Origin: a bacterium
GTDB taxonomy: Bacteria; Hinthialibacterota; Hinthialibacteria; Hinthialibacterales; Hinthialibacteraceae
NCBI GenBank assembly: GCA_963662285.2
Contig: CAXXMV010000006.1
Coordinates: forward strand, 1,088,001-1,152,000
Length of the DNA: 64,000 nucleotides
Direction: 5' to 3'
The position numbers and the translations under genes are program-made. Below, one piece after another: positions 1 through 10,108 of the stretch. The notes below the pieces were generated by a model. The model had not been told where the DNA came from. It searched no databases and was given only the letters and a program-made list of their open reading frames with translations. Position 1 is the first letter of the stretch, and each line of letters starts with the position of its first letter.

Positions 1-15
1 TTGTTTAAAGCATTG

Positions 16-45
16 TTGACAAACTCAAATACTCAATGTGATAAT
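16..45 (+). promoter_or_regulatory. Putative sigma70-type promoter for the CPBP/glycosyltransferase genes
   Basis: TTGACA at 16-21, 18-bp spacer, TGn-GATAAT at 37-45, about 100 bp upstream of the first CDS. Confidence 0.4.
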
Positions 46-141
46 CGATTGCCAAAAAGAAATGAAGGACGATTTTTGTTTCATATAGGGAATATTGGAT
101 TCCATTCAACATAATCGCATGATGCGATGAAAGAGGTGATA

Positions 142-966
142 ATGAGTACTTTTTTGCATGAAAAAATACGTCTTATTATTCGACCTATCGCTTTGACTAT
201 CTTGTTTCCCGTATTAGGATTCTTGATCTGTCTTTTGCTCAAACTATTTTGCCATATTGAGATTCCCCGGTTAATCCAGTCGATCATTAATTTCCCGATT
301 GCTGCATTGGCTGCGTTCGTATTGTTCCCGCGAGTGTTGGGCATTCCCTTTGGCAAAATTCCAGTGAAGGATTTTAATCAGAAGATAGGCTTATATCTTC
401 CTGGCAGCGCCTGGAAACACATTATACTTGGAGTGATGCTCGCTGCATGTACGTTGTCGGGTATGCTGGTTGCATCGATTATTTCGAGAAAATATATCCT
501 GAACTACGGGGCCATTACTCTGACTCACCTGATTTTCGCTTTGAATCCCGGCCTCTGGGAAGAAGTGTTCTACCGGGGCATCCAGATGCTGATTCTGTTG
601 GGTTTAACAAAATCCATCCGGAAGGCTGTTGTTATTCAGGTTGTTCTTTTCGGTCTTTTGCATATAAAGGGTTTTGATTTATCTGCGTTGATTGATGCTG
701 TTTCTGTTATAGTCATAACCATTGGTTTTACTTATACGGCATACAAGACCGGGACTTTGATAGCCGGGATAGTGTTCCATTATTTACATGATGCTTTATT
801 ATTCTTTGTGCAGATACCAGGCGGCGTAGAGTGGAGCAATTCTGACAGGATTTGGTTTTACGCTCTGTTGTGGTTGATGGTTGGATTTGGGTGCCTGGTG
901 ACAAAAATGGCAGCGGAGAAATTTAATGTCCGAACTTCAAGTGGATTATATACGATAAAAATATGA
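142..966 (+). CDS. CPBP family (CAAX protease-like) intramembrane glutamic endopeptidase
   Basis: Multi-TM protein with EEVFYRG, FGLLH and HYLHD motifs. ATG at 142 follows the RBS GAGGTG (the ORF track starts at 127). Confidence 0.85.
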   Translation: MSTFLHEKIRLIIRPIALTILFPVLGFLICLLLKLFCHIEIPRLIQSIINFPIAALAAFVLFPRVLGIPFGKIPVKDFNQKIGLYLPGSAWKHIILGVMLAACTLSGMLVASIISRKYILNYGAITLTHLIFALNPGLWEEVFYRGIQMLILLGLTKSIRKAVVIQVVLFGLLHIKGFDLSALIDAVSVIVITIGFTYTAYKTGTLIAGIVFHYLHDALLFFVQIPGGVEWSNSDRIWFYALLWLMVGFGCLVTKMAAEKFNVRTSSGLYTIKI

Positions 967-2540
967 AATCTCGAATTGAATGGCTTATTTTACTGATAAT
1001 CGTTCTTGCTTTCGCCCTGCGGTTTATTGGTTTATCTCGTAATCCGCCTGGTTTATTCCGCGACGAAGCCGATAAGGGTTATACCTCTTATTGCCTTTTA
1101 GAGACGGGCATGGATCAGAGTGGACGATGCTGGCCTCTTTTTGTTAAGGCGATGAATGTCACTACGTCTTCGCTCTATCAATATGTAGATATTCCATTTA
1201 TCGCCATGTTTGGTTTGAGCGAAACAGCAGTGCGGCTTCCGGCATGTTTAGCAGGGGTTGCATCTGTATTGGTGGTTTATCTTCTGGCGCGTTCTCTTTG
1301 GGGATCGACTATTGGTTTATGGGCCGCGCTTTTTATATGTTTGTCGCCCTGGAGCATCTTGCTCAGTCGATGGGCTAACCAGTCAATTCTGTTGACGGTG
1401 AGCGTTCCATTGGGGATTTATTTCTTTCTTAGAGAAGGGAATCGAAAATTTCCCTCTGTATCTCATGCTTTGCTGTCGAGCCTGTGTTTTCTAGTCGCTC
1501 TTTACACCTACGCCCCGGCGCGGTTATTTGCGCCGGTGTTGTGCGTCTTGATCTGGGCCGCCTCGTTTTCAAAGAGCAATTTATCTGCTGCAAACCGAAG
1601 CATATACCTGAAATCATTGATAGCGTTCTTTGCTCTTTTCGCTGTGGGGTGTTGTCCGTTAGCTTACCATCTTCTATTTGAAGTGAAACAAAGCGCCGCA
1701 CGGCTTTCAAATATTTGGATATTCGATCAACCGTTGTCAGGAGCGGTTATCGAGTGGCTTAAGAATTACATGCTTCATCTATCTCCCGGTTTCCTTTTTT
1801 TGAATGGCGACGGAAACCTACGCCATAATACTAATGTATTCGGACAGGCTCATTGGTATATTTTTCCGTTGCTGGTTGCCGGGATAATCCAGGCTGTGCG
1901 GCGCCGCTCACGCATTGACCGGGTGTTGCTGGTTTGGTTCTTCTGTTTTCCTATCGCCGCCGCCTGCACCCGTGAGAGCATCCCCCATGCGCTGCGCAGC
2001 GTTTTCGCCATACCGGTTTTGCAGGTGATGGCAGCTTATGGCATTGTTGCGTTGTATCAATGGAAGAATGAAATATCCATCCGGATATCCAGGGAAACCA
2101 TAAAAACCTGCGTGGTGGTATGGTTAATAGCGCTTGTTCTTTTTCCCTTGATCTTTCAGTATGATTTAATGTTTCGCTATCCGAAATACGCCGCTCTGGA
2201 CTGGGAATATGGCTATAAGGATGCGTTGCATTGGTATAATGAACATAATAGTGAAGCCGATAAAATCATCGTCTCCGGATTGGCGGAATACCCCTATGTG
2301 TTTTTTCTATTCTATGGCGAATATTCGCCTGAGCAGTGGATCAAGCAGCAAAACATAGAAAATGTCGAGTTTTATCCTATTGGCAAGCCAGTACAATCCG
2401 TATTGGATAAATCCCAGGGGCGCATATTATATTTACTGCGTCAGGAAGAATTGCCCATAGCCCCATCGGAGCAATTAATAAGATTGCCCAACGGTCAGGT
2501 GATTTGGAAATGGGTGGCCTGGGGTAAACGTCATGACTGA
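963..2540 (+). CDS. ArnT/PMT-like GT-C fold membrane glycosyltransferase
   Basis: N-terminal TM, then PPGLFRDEA acidic loop, FGLSETAVRLP, SPWSILLSR and many TM segments. Overlaps the upstream gene by 4 bp. Confidence 0.8.
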   Translation: MKSRIEWLILLIIVLAFALRFIGLSRNPPGLFRDEADKGYTSYCLLETGMDQSGRCWPLFVKAMNVTTSSLYQYVDIPFIAMFGLSETAVRLPACLAGVASVLVVYLLARSLWGSTIGLWAALFICLSPWSILLSRWANQSILLTVSVPLGIYFFLREGNRKFPSVSHALLSSLCFLVALYTYAPARLFAPVLCVLIWAASFSKSNLSAANRSIYLKSLIAFFALFAVGCCPLAYHLLFEVKQSAARLSNIWIFDQPLSGAVIEWLKNYMLHLSPGFLFLNGDGNLRHNTNVFGQAHWYIFPLLVAGIIQAVRRRSRIDRVLLVWFFCFPIAAACTRESIPHALRSVFAIPVLQVMAAYGIVALYQWKNEISIRISRETIKTCVVVWLIALVLFPLIFQYDLMFRYPKYAALDWEYGYKDALHWYNEHNSEADKIIVSGLAEYPYVFFLFYGEYSPEQWIKQQNIENVEFYPIGKPVQSVLDKSQGRILYLLRQEELPIAPSEQLIRLPNGQVIWKWVAWGKRHD

Positions 2541-2625
2541 TTGTGCGCCTGACCTGGACGAAAATGATGCGTAAAGTATAAATAGAGTTATATGGATTAG
2601 TTGTTTGGACAGAAAGTAGGTTTGC

Positions 2626-3399
2626 ATGGACATTTGCCAAATCGCGCAGGAAATGCGTCCGGTGGTATATCAGGCTGGAGAAATCGCCAAGCGGTATTTT
2701 TCCAACGTAATAGCTGAACGTAAAGCGGATCGCAGCATGGTCACGGTTGCGGATAGAGAAGTTGAATTATTCTTGAAACAGGAGATTGAACAGCGCTTTC
2801 CTGAACATGGCGTATTGGGCGAAGAGTTTGGCCACCACCAGCTGGATAACTCTGATTATATATGGGTGCTTGATCCGATTGACGGCACGGCGCCCTTTGT
2901 CTATGAATTACCGGTCTGGTGCATCTCGGTGGGACTTTTATATAAAAAGAAGCCGGTGTTGGGTTTTGTTTATCTGCCCGTTGTGGATGAATTATACTGG
3001 GCCTACGAAGGCAGTCACGCCCATGTCAACGACCGGATTATCAATGTCGCCGAGCCTTGTGAGATGGATCGCGCCACCTGCATCGTGGCGCCATCCGCGA
3101 CGGTAAGAGGCTTTTCCATGCAATACAAAGGCCGGGTGTTGTCATTTGGATCGGCGGCGGCGCATATGTGCTATGTGGCGCGGGGCAACCTGCATGGCGG
3201 CATCCTCATGCAGGTGCGCATCTGGGATATTGCGGCATCGGCGGCCATCATAAATGCGGCCGGGGGAGAGATGCGTTATCTAGGTGACGGGGAAATTGAA
3301 TTCGGCCAACTGATCGACGGCAGAAAAATGGAGCCATTTTTAATCGGACATTCGCATAATGTCGATAAACTTGCGGGATTGTTAGTTTCTAAAGCGTAG
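2626..3399 (+). CDS. Inositol monophosphatase family protein (SuhB/HisN-like)
   Basis: VTVAD, GEE, WVLDPIDGT and WDIAA motifs. Confidence 0.9.
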   Translation: MDICQIAQEMRPVVYQAGEIAKRYFSNVIAERKADRSMVTVADREVELFLKQEIEQRFPEHGVLGEEFGHHQLDNSDYIWVLDPIDGTAPFVYELPVWCISVGLLYKKKPVLGFVYLPVVDELYWAYEGSHAHVNDRIINVAEPCEMDRATCIVAPSATVRGFSMQYKGRVLSFGSAAAHMCYVARGNLHGGILMQVRIWDIAASAAIINAAGGEMRYLGDGEIEFGQLIDGRKMEPFLIGHSHNVDKLAGLLVSKA

Positions 3400-3594
3400 T
3401 TACTCTCAATAAATTGCTTATGTTATTTTTATGATTTCTTTGTATCATGCACCTAAGTGCAATTATCAGAATCATATTCGTTTAATATCATGTTTGATTC
3501 TCGAAAAAGACAATCTTTTCTATTTTTCTCTCTAATTATGCGCCAAATCGACGATATCAAAGCGGAACGTTGTATGATCCCAGGTATGATCTAG

Positions 3595-4683
3595 TTATTC
3601 TATATCTTCTTTTACAGGTAATCTGATAATAAAAGTAGAGCCTTTTCCCTCTTCGCTTTTGAAACTTAAATTCCCATTATGCGCTTCAATGATCCGCTTG
3701 GTTATGGCTAAACCCAAGCCCGTACCTTTTTCTCCCTTGGTGGTAAAAAATGGTTGCCAGATTTTATCCTGTATGTCTGTAGGGATTCCACATCCTGTAT
3801 CGATAATATTGATCGTAATTTCTTTTTTATTGGAATTTACTTCAATAATCACGGAACCTTCTCCGTTCATGGCGTGGGCGGCATTTCGCAATAAATTGAT
3901 TAATACTTGAATGATTCGATCCTGGTCGCAGATAAAACAAGGATCGTCAGGATTTGTTATTTCATATTGGATGTGTTTAGTTTCTGGATCGAATTCGAGA
4001 ATGCTTAAAACCGGTACAAGTAATTTAGAAACGGCAATAGATTCCTGTTTCAAGGTCTCGCACGTCTGTTTCCCATACGATTTTATTTCGTTCAGGATAG
4101 TCAATATCCGGTCTCTAGCCATAACCACCTGATTGGAGACCTTATTGATCAATTCATCGTCTGGATGCATCTGTTGAATGAGTTGCACGCCCATCAATAC
4201 ACTAAGTTGGTTACGTACTTCATGGTTGATGCCGCTAGCCACCTGACCGACGGTCGCCAGTTTTTCCAACCGCACCACATCGTCTAATAATCTCCGATTT
4301 TCAATAGTTAATTCCAAATTTTCAAGCGCCCTTTTTACCGTGATCAATAAATCATTCGGATCCCATGGTTTATTGATATAGCGATAGACGCGGCCAGTGT
4401 TTATCGCCCCGATCAAATCATCAACATCAGTAAAACCAGTAAGAATGATGCGTACAATTCCCGGACATAATTCAATACTTTTTTCAAGGAATTCAACACC
4501 GGACATTCGCGGCATGCGTTGATCGCTAACAATCAGAGAGACCTGATGGGTTTGCAACAATTCCAGTCCTTCCGCTCCGCTTAAAGCCGTCAAGACTTCA
4601 TAATCTTTTCTCAAAACGCGCCGAAGCGCATCAAGGTTATATTCTTCATCATCCACACAGAGAATCGTATGCTTGAAACTCAT
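3595..4683 (-). CDS. Hybrid receiver-histidine kinase (REC-HisKA-HATPase)
   Basis: VDDE, SDQRMP and KPW receiver motifs, then H-box HEVRNQL, N-box NLLRNA, DTGCG, FFTTK and GTGLGL. Confidence 0.9.
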   Translation of the reverse strand: MSFKHTILCVDDEEYNLDALRRVLRKDYEVLTALSGAEGLELLQTHQVSLIVSDQRMPRMSGVEFLEKSIELCPGIVRIILTGFTDVDDLIGAINTGRVYRYINKPWDPNDLLITVKRALENLELTIENRRLLDDVVRLEKLATVGQVASGINHEVRNQLSVLMGVQLIQQMHPDDELINKVSNQVVMARDRILTILNEIKSYGKQTCETLKQESIAVSKLLVPVLSILEFDPETKHIQYEITNPDDPCFICDQDRIIQVLINLLRNAAHAMNGEGSVIIEVNSNKKEITINIIDTGCGIPTDIQDKIWQPFFTTKGEKGTGLGLAITKRIIEAHNGNLSFKSEEGKGSTFIIRLPVKEDIE

Positions 4684-4720
4684 TTTAATTTCTCCTGAAT
4701 ATAATAAAATAAAATAGAAT

Positions 4721-5305
4721 TCATTTGAATTTTTTTAATACTGTCAACAAACGGTTGATATCTACCGGTTTGATAATGAAATCGGTAGTTCCCCATTTCA
4801 AGGCTTCTTGTAAATAGTTCTTTTTCGGATTACCGGTCATAATAACCACCGGTGTTGTTGTATCGGTTTCCCTGATTATCCGGAGCGCATCCAAACCACT
4901 CATTTTTTTCATCTCGATATCCATTAAGACAAGGTCGGGTTGAACATCGTGGAATATACCTACGGCTTCCAGACCGTTGCCCGCCTCGGCCACAACATTA
5001 TAACCGTTAAGAATTAAAGTCCGCTTGATCATTTCACGGATGAAAACCACATCATCGACAATCATTATGGTGTTAATTGTTTTAGGGGATGAAATGGCCT
5101 GATCTTCATCAGGAACAACTGGCTTGGGCGCTAGAAAGGCAAGGGGTTCTTCCTGGGTTTCAACGCCCATGTGTTTGCGCCATTTTATGATTGTTTGCCG
5201 GAGATCATCGGTATCAATGATTCCGGAGTTGATCAGCACATCCGCTAATGCATATACAAATACTTGTTCAGTTTCCGAAGAAGGCTTCTCACTATTTTCA
5301 TTCAT
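4721..5305 (-). CDS. CheY-like response regulator with ~75-aa N-terminal extension
   Basis: IMIVDD, LVLMDIEM, MTG and IIKP receiver motifs in the C-terminal 120 aa. Confidence 0.85.
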   Translation of the reverse strand: MNENSEKPSSETEQVFVYALADVLINSGIIDTDDLRQTIIKWRKHMGVETQEEPLAFLAPKPVVPDEDQAISSPKTINTIMIVDDVVFIREMIKRTLILNGYNVVAEAGNGLEAVGIFHDVQPDLVLMDIEMKKMSGLDALRIIRETDTTTPVVIMTGNPKKNYLQEALKWGTTDFIIKPVDINRLLTVLKKFK

Positions 5306-5374
5306 GGTGACAATTTATTCTCCCTTAAAATATAGGGTAAGAGTGGTTTTCATCATAACATTCTGATTCGCCAT

Positions 5375-7456
5375 TTAAGGACGAATTGGTAAATTGAGAG
5401 TAAACAGAGCACCTTTTCCTGGTTCACTTATAACCGCTATACTACCCCCATGCTGTTCGATAATACTATATGAGATAGATAATCCTAAACCGGTTCCTTC
5501 ACCTACCGATTTTGTCGTGTAGAAAGGATCAAATATTTTCTCTTGGATATCAAGGGGGATTCCTTTGCCGTCATCACGAATTTCCACTACGGCCTTATCA
5601 TCATCCCGGTAGGTCGTGATCCAAACATTGCCCTGGCCTTCAATGGCCTGTTCTGCATTCGCTAATAGATTCAGGAAAACTTGATTGATCTGCCCAGGGG
5701 AACATTGCAGGAGAGGAATGTCGCCGTAATCTTTATGGATGGTTACATGTTCTTTGTAACGGTGGATCAGCAAATTGAGAGAACCATCGATTGCTTCGTG
5801 GATATCGTAAACTGAACGATAACTCTCATCCACGCGAGAATACTGGCGCAGATCAGCCACAATCTGCGCGATACGGTTCGAGCCATCGTCAAAAGAGCGA
5901 ATCAGTTTTTCCACATCATCTTTGGCGTAATCCAAATCCGCTTTGCGATAGGCCTCATCGAATAGGGAGCGAAGTTCATTGGGCAATTGTTCTTTTCTTT
6001 CGTATATGTCATCCACAATATTCTTATATCCAAACAAGTATTCTTTTAAGGAAGGGATGTTGCTTTTAATGAAATTGCTGGGATTATTGATTTCGTGGGC
6101 GATTCCCGCAACCAATTGCCCCAGAGAGGCCATTTTTTCCGAACGCAGCAATTGTTCCTTGGTGCGTTGAATCCGGTCATAACTTTTATATAGCATGATA
6201 AAAAGCCCGGCGGCGAATATTAAGATAAACAGGAACAACGTCATTAACCAAACGCCCGACATCTGCATGGGGACTCGAATATTAGCGGGCAAGGTTTGCA
6301 AAAAACGTTCAATGGAGTGGTATTGATCTTCATTGATAGATATGAGAAGAACGACCATTACGAAAAGTACAAATCCCTGTGTGAGAATCGGGAAGAAAAA
6401 CCAACAAGAACGGCTAATACTGAAATCCTGCATTTTTCTTTGACTTAAATTATCTCTATCTTCCATGGGATTTGATAGAAACATGAAAATCAATAAACAG
6501 TAGAGTCCGGATATTATAGCAAATGCAGCGCTTGGCCCGATTCTCTCTGGAATTTGGATATTGAGAATAATATCTGAAATTCCTATAAGACCTCCACATA
6601 AACCAGCCAGGAACAGGGTAACGGTCAATAATTCACCCTGTGGCATTTTTCGCAAGAACCCAGTTTTCGATTTCATTCCATAGAAGAGAGTTCCCCATAA
6701 AAGAACAATCAAACCTAGTAATACTGGATGGTGATCTGCTTGGATAAGATAGTATCCGAGTGCAAGCGATATGAAGATTCCTAGCCCGAATCCCAGTCGG
6801 CGCCATTTAATAGCAATCAAATATACCCACAGGCTGGAGCCAAAAACCAATAACAAGGAAGGCGTATCCACAAAATCCAAAATGCTGCTTCCCAGTAGGA
6901 TAGCCAATAGAAATAAGGTACTTAAAAGAATGTATCCTATGGAAACCGGAACGAGCGAACGTCTGACTTTCGTCTCATGGCAATGTTTCTTGGTTATTGC
7001 TGACGATCTGTTCATTAATAAAGCGGGGATCGGTAAAAGAAGACAAAAAGCAATTGAATATAAGAAAGTCAGCATACTTACGGCCAACGAAGCGGCAAGA
7101 TAATCCAAACTACTTAAACTACCGAGTATCTGAACGATCCCGATACTGTTTCCCAAAGCTCCGATAATCAGTAAGTTACGAATGACGCAATGCCAAAAAT
7201 AATCCCGATAAAACCGATCCTGTTTCGGTGACCGCCGATCAATCAAACTCGATGCTGCTTCTTTCATATCCCGAATCGAAAATTGGGTCCAGGTTAGTAA
7301 AAATCCACCTCCCAATGTCATGGTTAAAGAGGGATAGTCAATAAAAGACATAAATCCCACATCAAGAAACGCATAGCTGATTAATATCCCCACTAGCAGG
7401 ACAAGAAACAGAATAGCCAGGATAGCTGGAAAAAACCTTTGAAGCTCAGTATTCAT
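5375..7456 (-). CDS. Membrane sensor histidine kinase with two tandem MotA/PomA-like transmembrane modules
   Basis: C-terminal HEINNP, NLLANA, DDGKG and GTGLGL transmitter. N-terminal repeats FIDYPS..GG / GALGNSIGIVQIL..LAVSMLTFLY and FVDTPS..FGS / GLCGGLIG..IPERIGPSAAFAIISGLY resemble the PomA/MotA TM segments. Confidence 0.85.
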   Translation of the reverse strand: MNTELQRFFPAILAILFLVLLVGILISYAFLDVGFMSFIDYPSLTMTLGGGFLLTWTQFSIRDMKEAASSLIDRRSPKQDRFYRDYFWHCVIRNLLIIGALGNSIGIVQILGSLSSLDYLAASLAVSMLTFLYSIAFCLLLPIPALLMNRSSAITKKHCHETKVRRSLVPVSIGYILLSTLFLLAILLGSSILDFVDTPSLLLVFGSSLWVYLIAIKWRRLGFGLGIFISLALGYYLIQADHHPVLLGLIVLLWGTLFYGMKSKTGFLRKMPQGELLTVTLFLAGLCGGLIGISDIILNIQIPERIGPSAAFAIISGLYCLLIFMFLSNPMEDRDNLSQRKMQDFSISRSCWFFFPILTQGFVLFVMVVLLISINEDQYHSIERFLQTLPANIRVPMQMSGVWLMTLFLFILIFAAGLFIMLYKSYDRIQRTKEQLLRSEKMASLGQLVAGIAHEINNPSNFIKSNIPSLKEYLFGYKNIVDDIYERKEQLPNELRSLFDEAYRKADLDYAKDDVEKLIRSFDDGSNRIAQIVADLRQYSRVDESYRSVYDIHEAIDGSLNLLIHRYKEHVTIHKDYGDIPLLQCSPGQINQVFLNLLANAEQAIEGQGNVWITTYRDDDKAVVEIRDDGKGIPLDIQEKIFDPFYTTKSVGEGTGLGLSISYSIIEQHGGSIAVISEPGKGALFTLNLPIRP

Positions 7457-7491
7457 AGGCTTTCTTTCCTTTTCAATATTTAATGATCGAT

Positions 7492-7522
7492 AACATAAGT
7501 ATCCCTAAGCGTTAGTTGCAGC
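7492..7522 (-). promoter_or_regulatory. Shared promoter-like motif GCTGCAAC-N17-TATGTT upstream of the MotA-like kinase
   Basis: The same 8-mer and spacing recur at 8680-8710 and 25611-25641. Confidence 0.45.
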
Positions 7523-7572
7523 ATTATTTATAGCAATATTGACAATCATTGAAATATAAAGACAATTGCATA

Positions 7573-8649
7573 TTATTCGTATTCTTTTGTAAGTTTTAAA
7601 ATCTCATCCAAGTTTTCACAAAAGAGATCAGTTAAATCTGGATCAAAATGCTTCCCTTTTTCCTCTCTTATAATTTCAATTACTTTCTCATGAGGAAAGG
7701 CTTCTTTGTAAGGCCGCTTACTGGACAGAGCATCATAAACGTCCGCAAGCGCGCATATTCGGCCAGAGAGTGGAATATCTTCCCCCTTAAGCTGCTTTGG
7801 ATATCCCTTTCCATTCCACTTTTCATGATGGGAAAGGGCGATTATTTCCCCGGTTTGGATCAATTCAGAGGCAGAATCATTCAAAATACTGGCGCCAATC
7901 GTCGTATGTTTTTTAATGATTTCATATTCATCAACTGTTAACTTAGCGGGTTTAAGAAGGATATGATCGGGAATTCCAAGTTTGCCTACATCATGCATGG
8001 GACTGGCGAGTCGTATCAATTCAACATCATTTGCAGGAAGATTGAGTTTTAGGGCTATAAACTCACAGATCAAGCTAATTCGTTGTATGTGATTCCCTGT
8101 ACATTCATCTTTATATTCGGCAGCGATCACCAAACGCCGAATAGTATCTAAATGAGCTTGATGAGATTGTCGCTGGGCTGCGACCATTTCGTCGAGCGCT
8201 TTGCGCAGTGAAGCCGTACGTTGGTCGATTTTTGCTTCGAGTTCTTTTTGATAAATTTTTATAGCATCCTGCGCTTCTTTTTGTCTCAACAAAGAAGCCG
8301 TACGAATCCGTAATTCTATTTCATCAACAGGTTTGCAGATAAAATCACTGGCCCCCGCTTGCACAGCGCGAAGTTGATCTTCTTTTGATGTATTGCCAGT
8401 TACAACGCAAATAGGGATATCACGAACATCGGCGTCTTCCCGGATTCGCCGAACTACTTCAAAACCATCCATTCCGGGCATTTGTATATCGGTTAAAACC
8501 AGATCGATATCGAGTTTTACTTTGGCTAAAGCTTCGAATCCATCCTGAGCGGTTTCCGTTTCATGCCCGTGAAAATTCAAAATCGTGGCAAGCATATCAC
8601 GCAAGGCCTGTTCGTCGTCAACAATCAAAATACGTTTGGGAGAAGCCAT
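7573..8649 (-). CDS. Response regulator with HD-GYP phosphodiesterase domain (RpfG-like)
   Basis: N-terminal REC (VDDE, TDIQMP, KP), then MHDVGK, HHEKWNGKGYP, ADVYDAL and RPYK. Confidence 0.93.
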   Translation of the reverse strand: MASPKRILIVDDEQALRDMLATILNFHGHETETAQDGFEALAKVKLDIDLVLTDIQMPGMDGFEVVRRIREDADVRDIPICVVTGNTSKEDQLRAVQAGASDFICKPVDEIELRIRTASLLRQKEAQDAIKIYQKELEAKIDQRTASLRKALDEMVAAQRQSHQAHLDTIRRLVIAAEYKDECTGNHIQRISLICEFIALKLNLPANDVELIRLASPMHDVGKLGIPDHILLKPAKLTVDEYEIIKKHTTIGASILNDSASELIQTGEIIALSHHEKWNGKGYPKQLKGEDIPLSGRICALADVYDALSSKRPYKEAFPHEKVIEIIREEKGKHFDPDLTDLFCENLDEILKLTKEYE

Positions 8650-8679
8650 GAAATCCTCGGAATCGCTTTAATATAATGG

Positions 8680-8710
8680 ATTATAGAATTCACGCCAATT
8701 GAGTTGCAGC
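8680..8710 (-). promoter_or_regulatory. Shared promoter-like motif GCTGCAAC-N17-TATAAT upstream of the HD-GYP gene
   Basis: Perfect TATAAT exactly 17 nt after GCTGCAAC on the minus strand, 30 bp before the start codon. Confidence 0.5.
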
Positions 8711-8911
8711 GCCCCTTTTTATTTGTACAAAACTAACGGTCAAACCTTTGCGTAATGCAAATCAAGGGTGGATATCAATTTTTGGACTGCAATTAATTGC
8801 TGTCGAGAGATAGTCGCTCGAATTCCATGCTTAGATTCTCCCATAAAAAAATATGCTTGTCTATTGATCATATACCAATCTACTTCTGGTAATCGCTCTT
8901 ATTATGTTTTT

Positions 8912-10105
8912 TTAATTCGACTTAATTGGCAGTGACACAATAAATTTCGACCCTTTACCCATTTCGCTCTCCACCGCGATTCTTCCCTCATGTTGTTCAA
9001 TAATGCTGTAAGAAAGAGAAAGGCCCAGGCCAGTACCTGAACCAACCGGTTTTGTTGTAAAGAAGGGATCAAATATCTTGGATAGATTCTCTTTAGGAAT
9101 ACCAACGCCATTATCACGGATAGTAATTGTGATATTATTATCCTGATATCCGGTAAGCACCCAAATATCACCTCCGCTCTGATTAAATTCTATAGCGTTC
9201 TTGAGGATGTTAAAAAAAACTTGATTGATTTGACCGGGAGAACAGCGAGTCAGCGGGAATGATTTATATTCTTTATGTATGTTTATTTGATCTTTATAGA
9301 GAGGATAAAGCAATGTAAGCGACGAATCGATTGCTTCTTGAATATTGAAGGAAGAATAGTAGTCATCATCGACTTTGGAATATAGACGAAGATTATACAG
9401 GATACTGGCTATGCGATTTGAACCTTCATCAAAAGAGTCAAGAATTTTTTTTATGTCATCTAAATCATAATCGATCTCTTTCATCTTTTGCGGCAGATTT
9501 ATTTTTTTTAATACATCTTCAGGAATCTTTTGTTGATTATCAACAATAATTTTTACAAAAGAAAACAAATCCTGAATATCTTCCTTAAGCGGTTGTATAT
9601 TGCTTTTAATAAAGTTAACCGGATTATTAATCTCATGACACAATCCCGCAACAAGTTGCCCCAGAGACGCCATTTTGTCGGTTTGTATCAATTGCTGCTT
9701 TCGTAATTGGATCTGTTCTTCCATGCTTTTACGTTCTAGAACCCGGTTCAGGACTTGCAACAGATAATCCAAATCCAACGGTTTGGTAACAAAATCCGAT
9801 GCGCCGTTTTTCATGGCTTCAATAGCGCGTTCAACTGTCCCATAGGCTGTCATTATCACAACCGGGATATGAATTTTACGTTTTTGCAGTTCTGCTAACA
9901 GTTCAAGGCCATTGATTTCAGGCATCATGATATCAGAAATAATAATCGACGGCGTGCAGCTTTCTAATTTCGTTAATGCATCGGATCCATTGGATGCCGT
10001 GATTGTTTCAAAACCTTCCAACTCAAGAAAATCGCAGAGACTCAAACGGATATCTTCTTCATCGTCAATCACAAGCAATGGAATTTTATGTTCGATATCT
10101 CTCAT
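8912..10105 (-). CDS. Hybrid receiver-histidine kinase (REC-HisKA-HATPase)
   Basis: IDDE, SDIMMP and KP receiver motifs, then HEINNP, NILKNA, DNGVG and GTGLGL. Confidence 0.9.
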   Translation of the reverse strand: MRDIEHKIPLLVIDDEEDIRLSLCDFLELEGFETITASNGSDALTKLESCTPSIIISDIMMPEINGLELLAELQKRKIHIPVVIMTAYGTVERAIEAMKNGASDFVTKPLDLDYLLQVLNRVLERKSMEEQIQLRKQQLIQTDKMASLGQLVAGLCHEINNPVNFIKSNIQPLKEDIQDLFSFVKIIVDNQQKIPEDVLKKINLPQKMKEIDYDLDDIKKILDSFDEGSNRIASILYNLRLYSKVDDDYYSSFNIQEAIDSSLTLLYPLYKDQINIHKEYKSFPLTRCSPGQINQVFFNILKNAIEFNQSGGDIWVLTGYQDNNITITIRDNGVGIPKENLSKIFDPFFTTKPVGSGTGLGLSLSYSIIEQHEGRIAVESEMGKGSKFIVSLPIKSN

Positions 10106-10108
10106 GGT

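Noticed and set aside
142-966. Abortive-infection defence gene (Abi label of the CPBP family)
   Set aside because: The family name is historical; the context is envelope-related with no defence genes
5375-7456. Zorya (ZorA) anti-phage system or flagellar motor locus
   Set aside because: No ZorB/MotB-like OmpA-domain partner, no long ZorA tail and no flagellar genes; the MotA-like part is fused to a kinase
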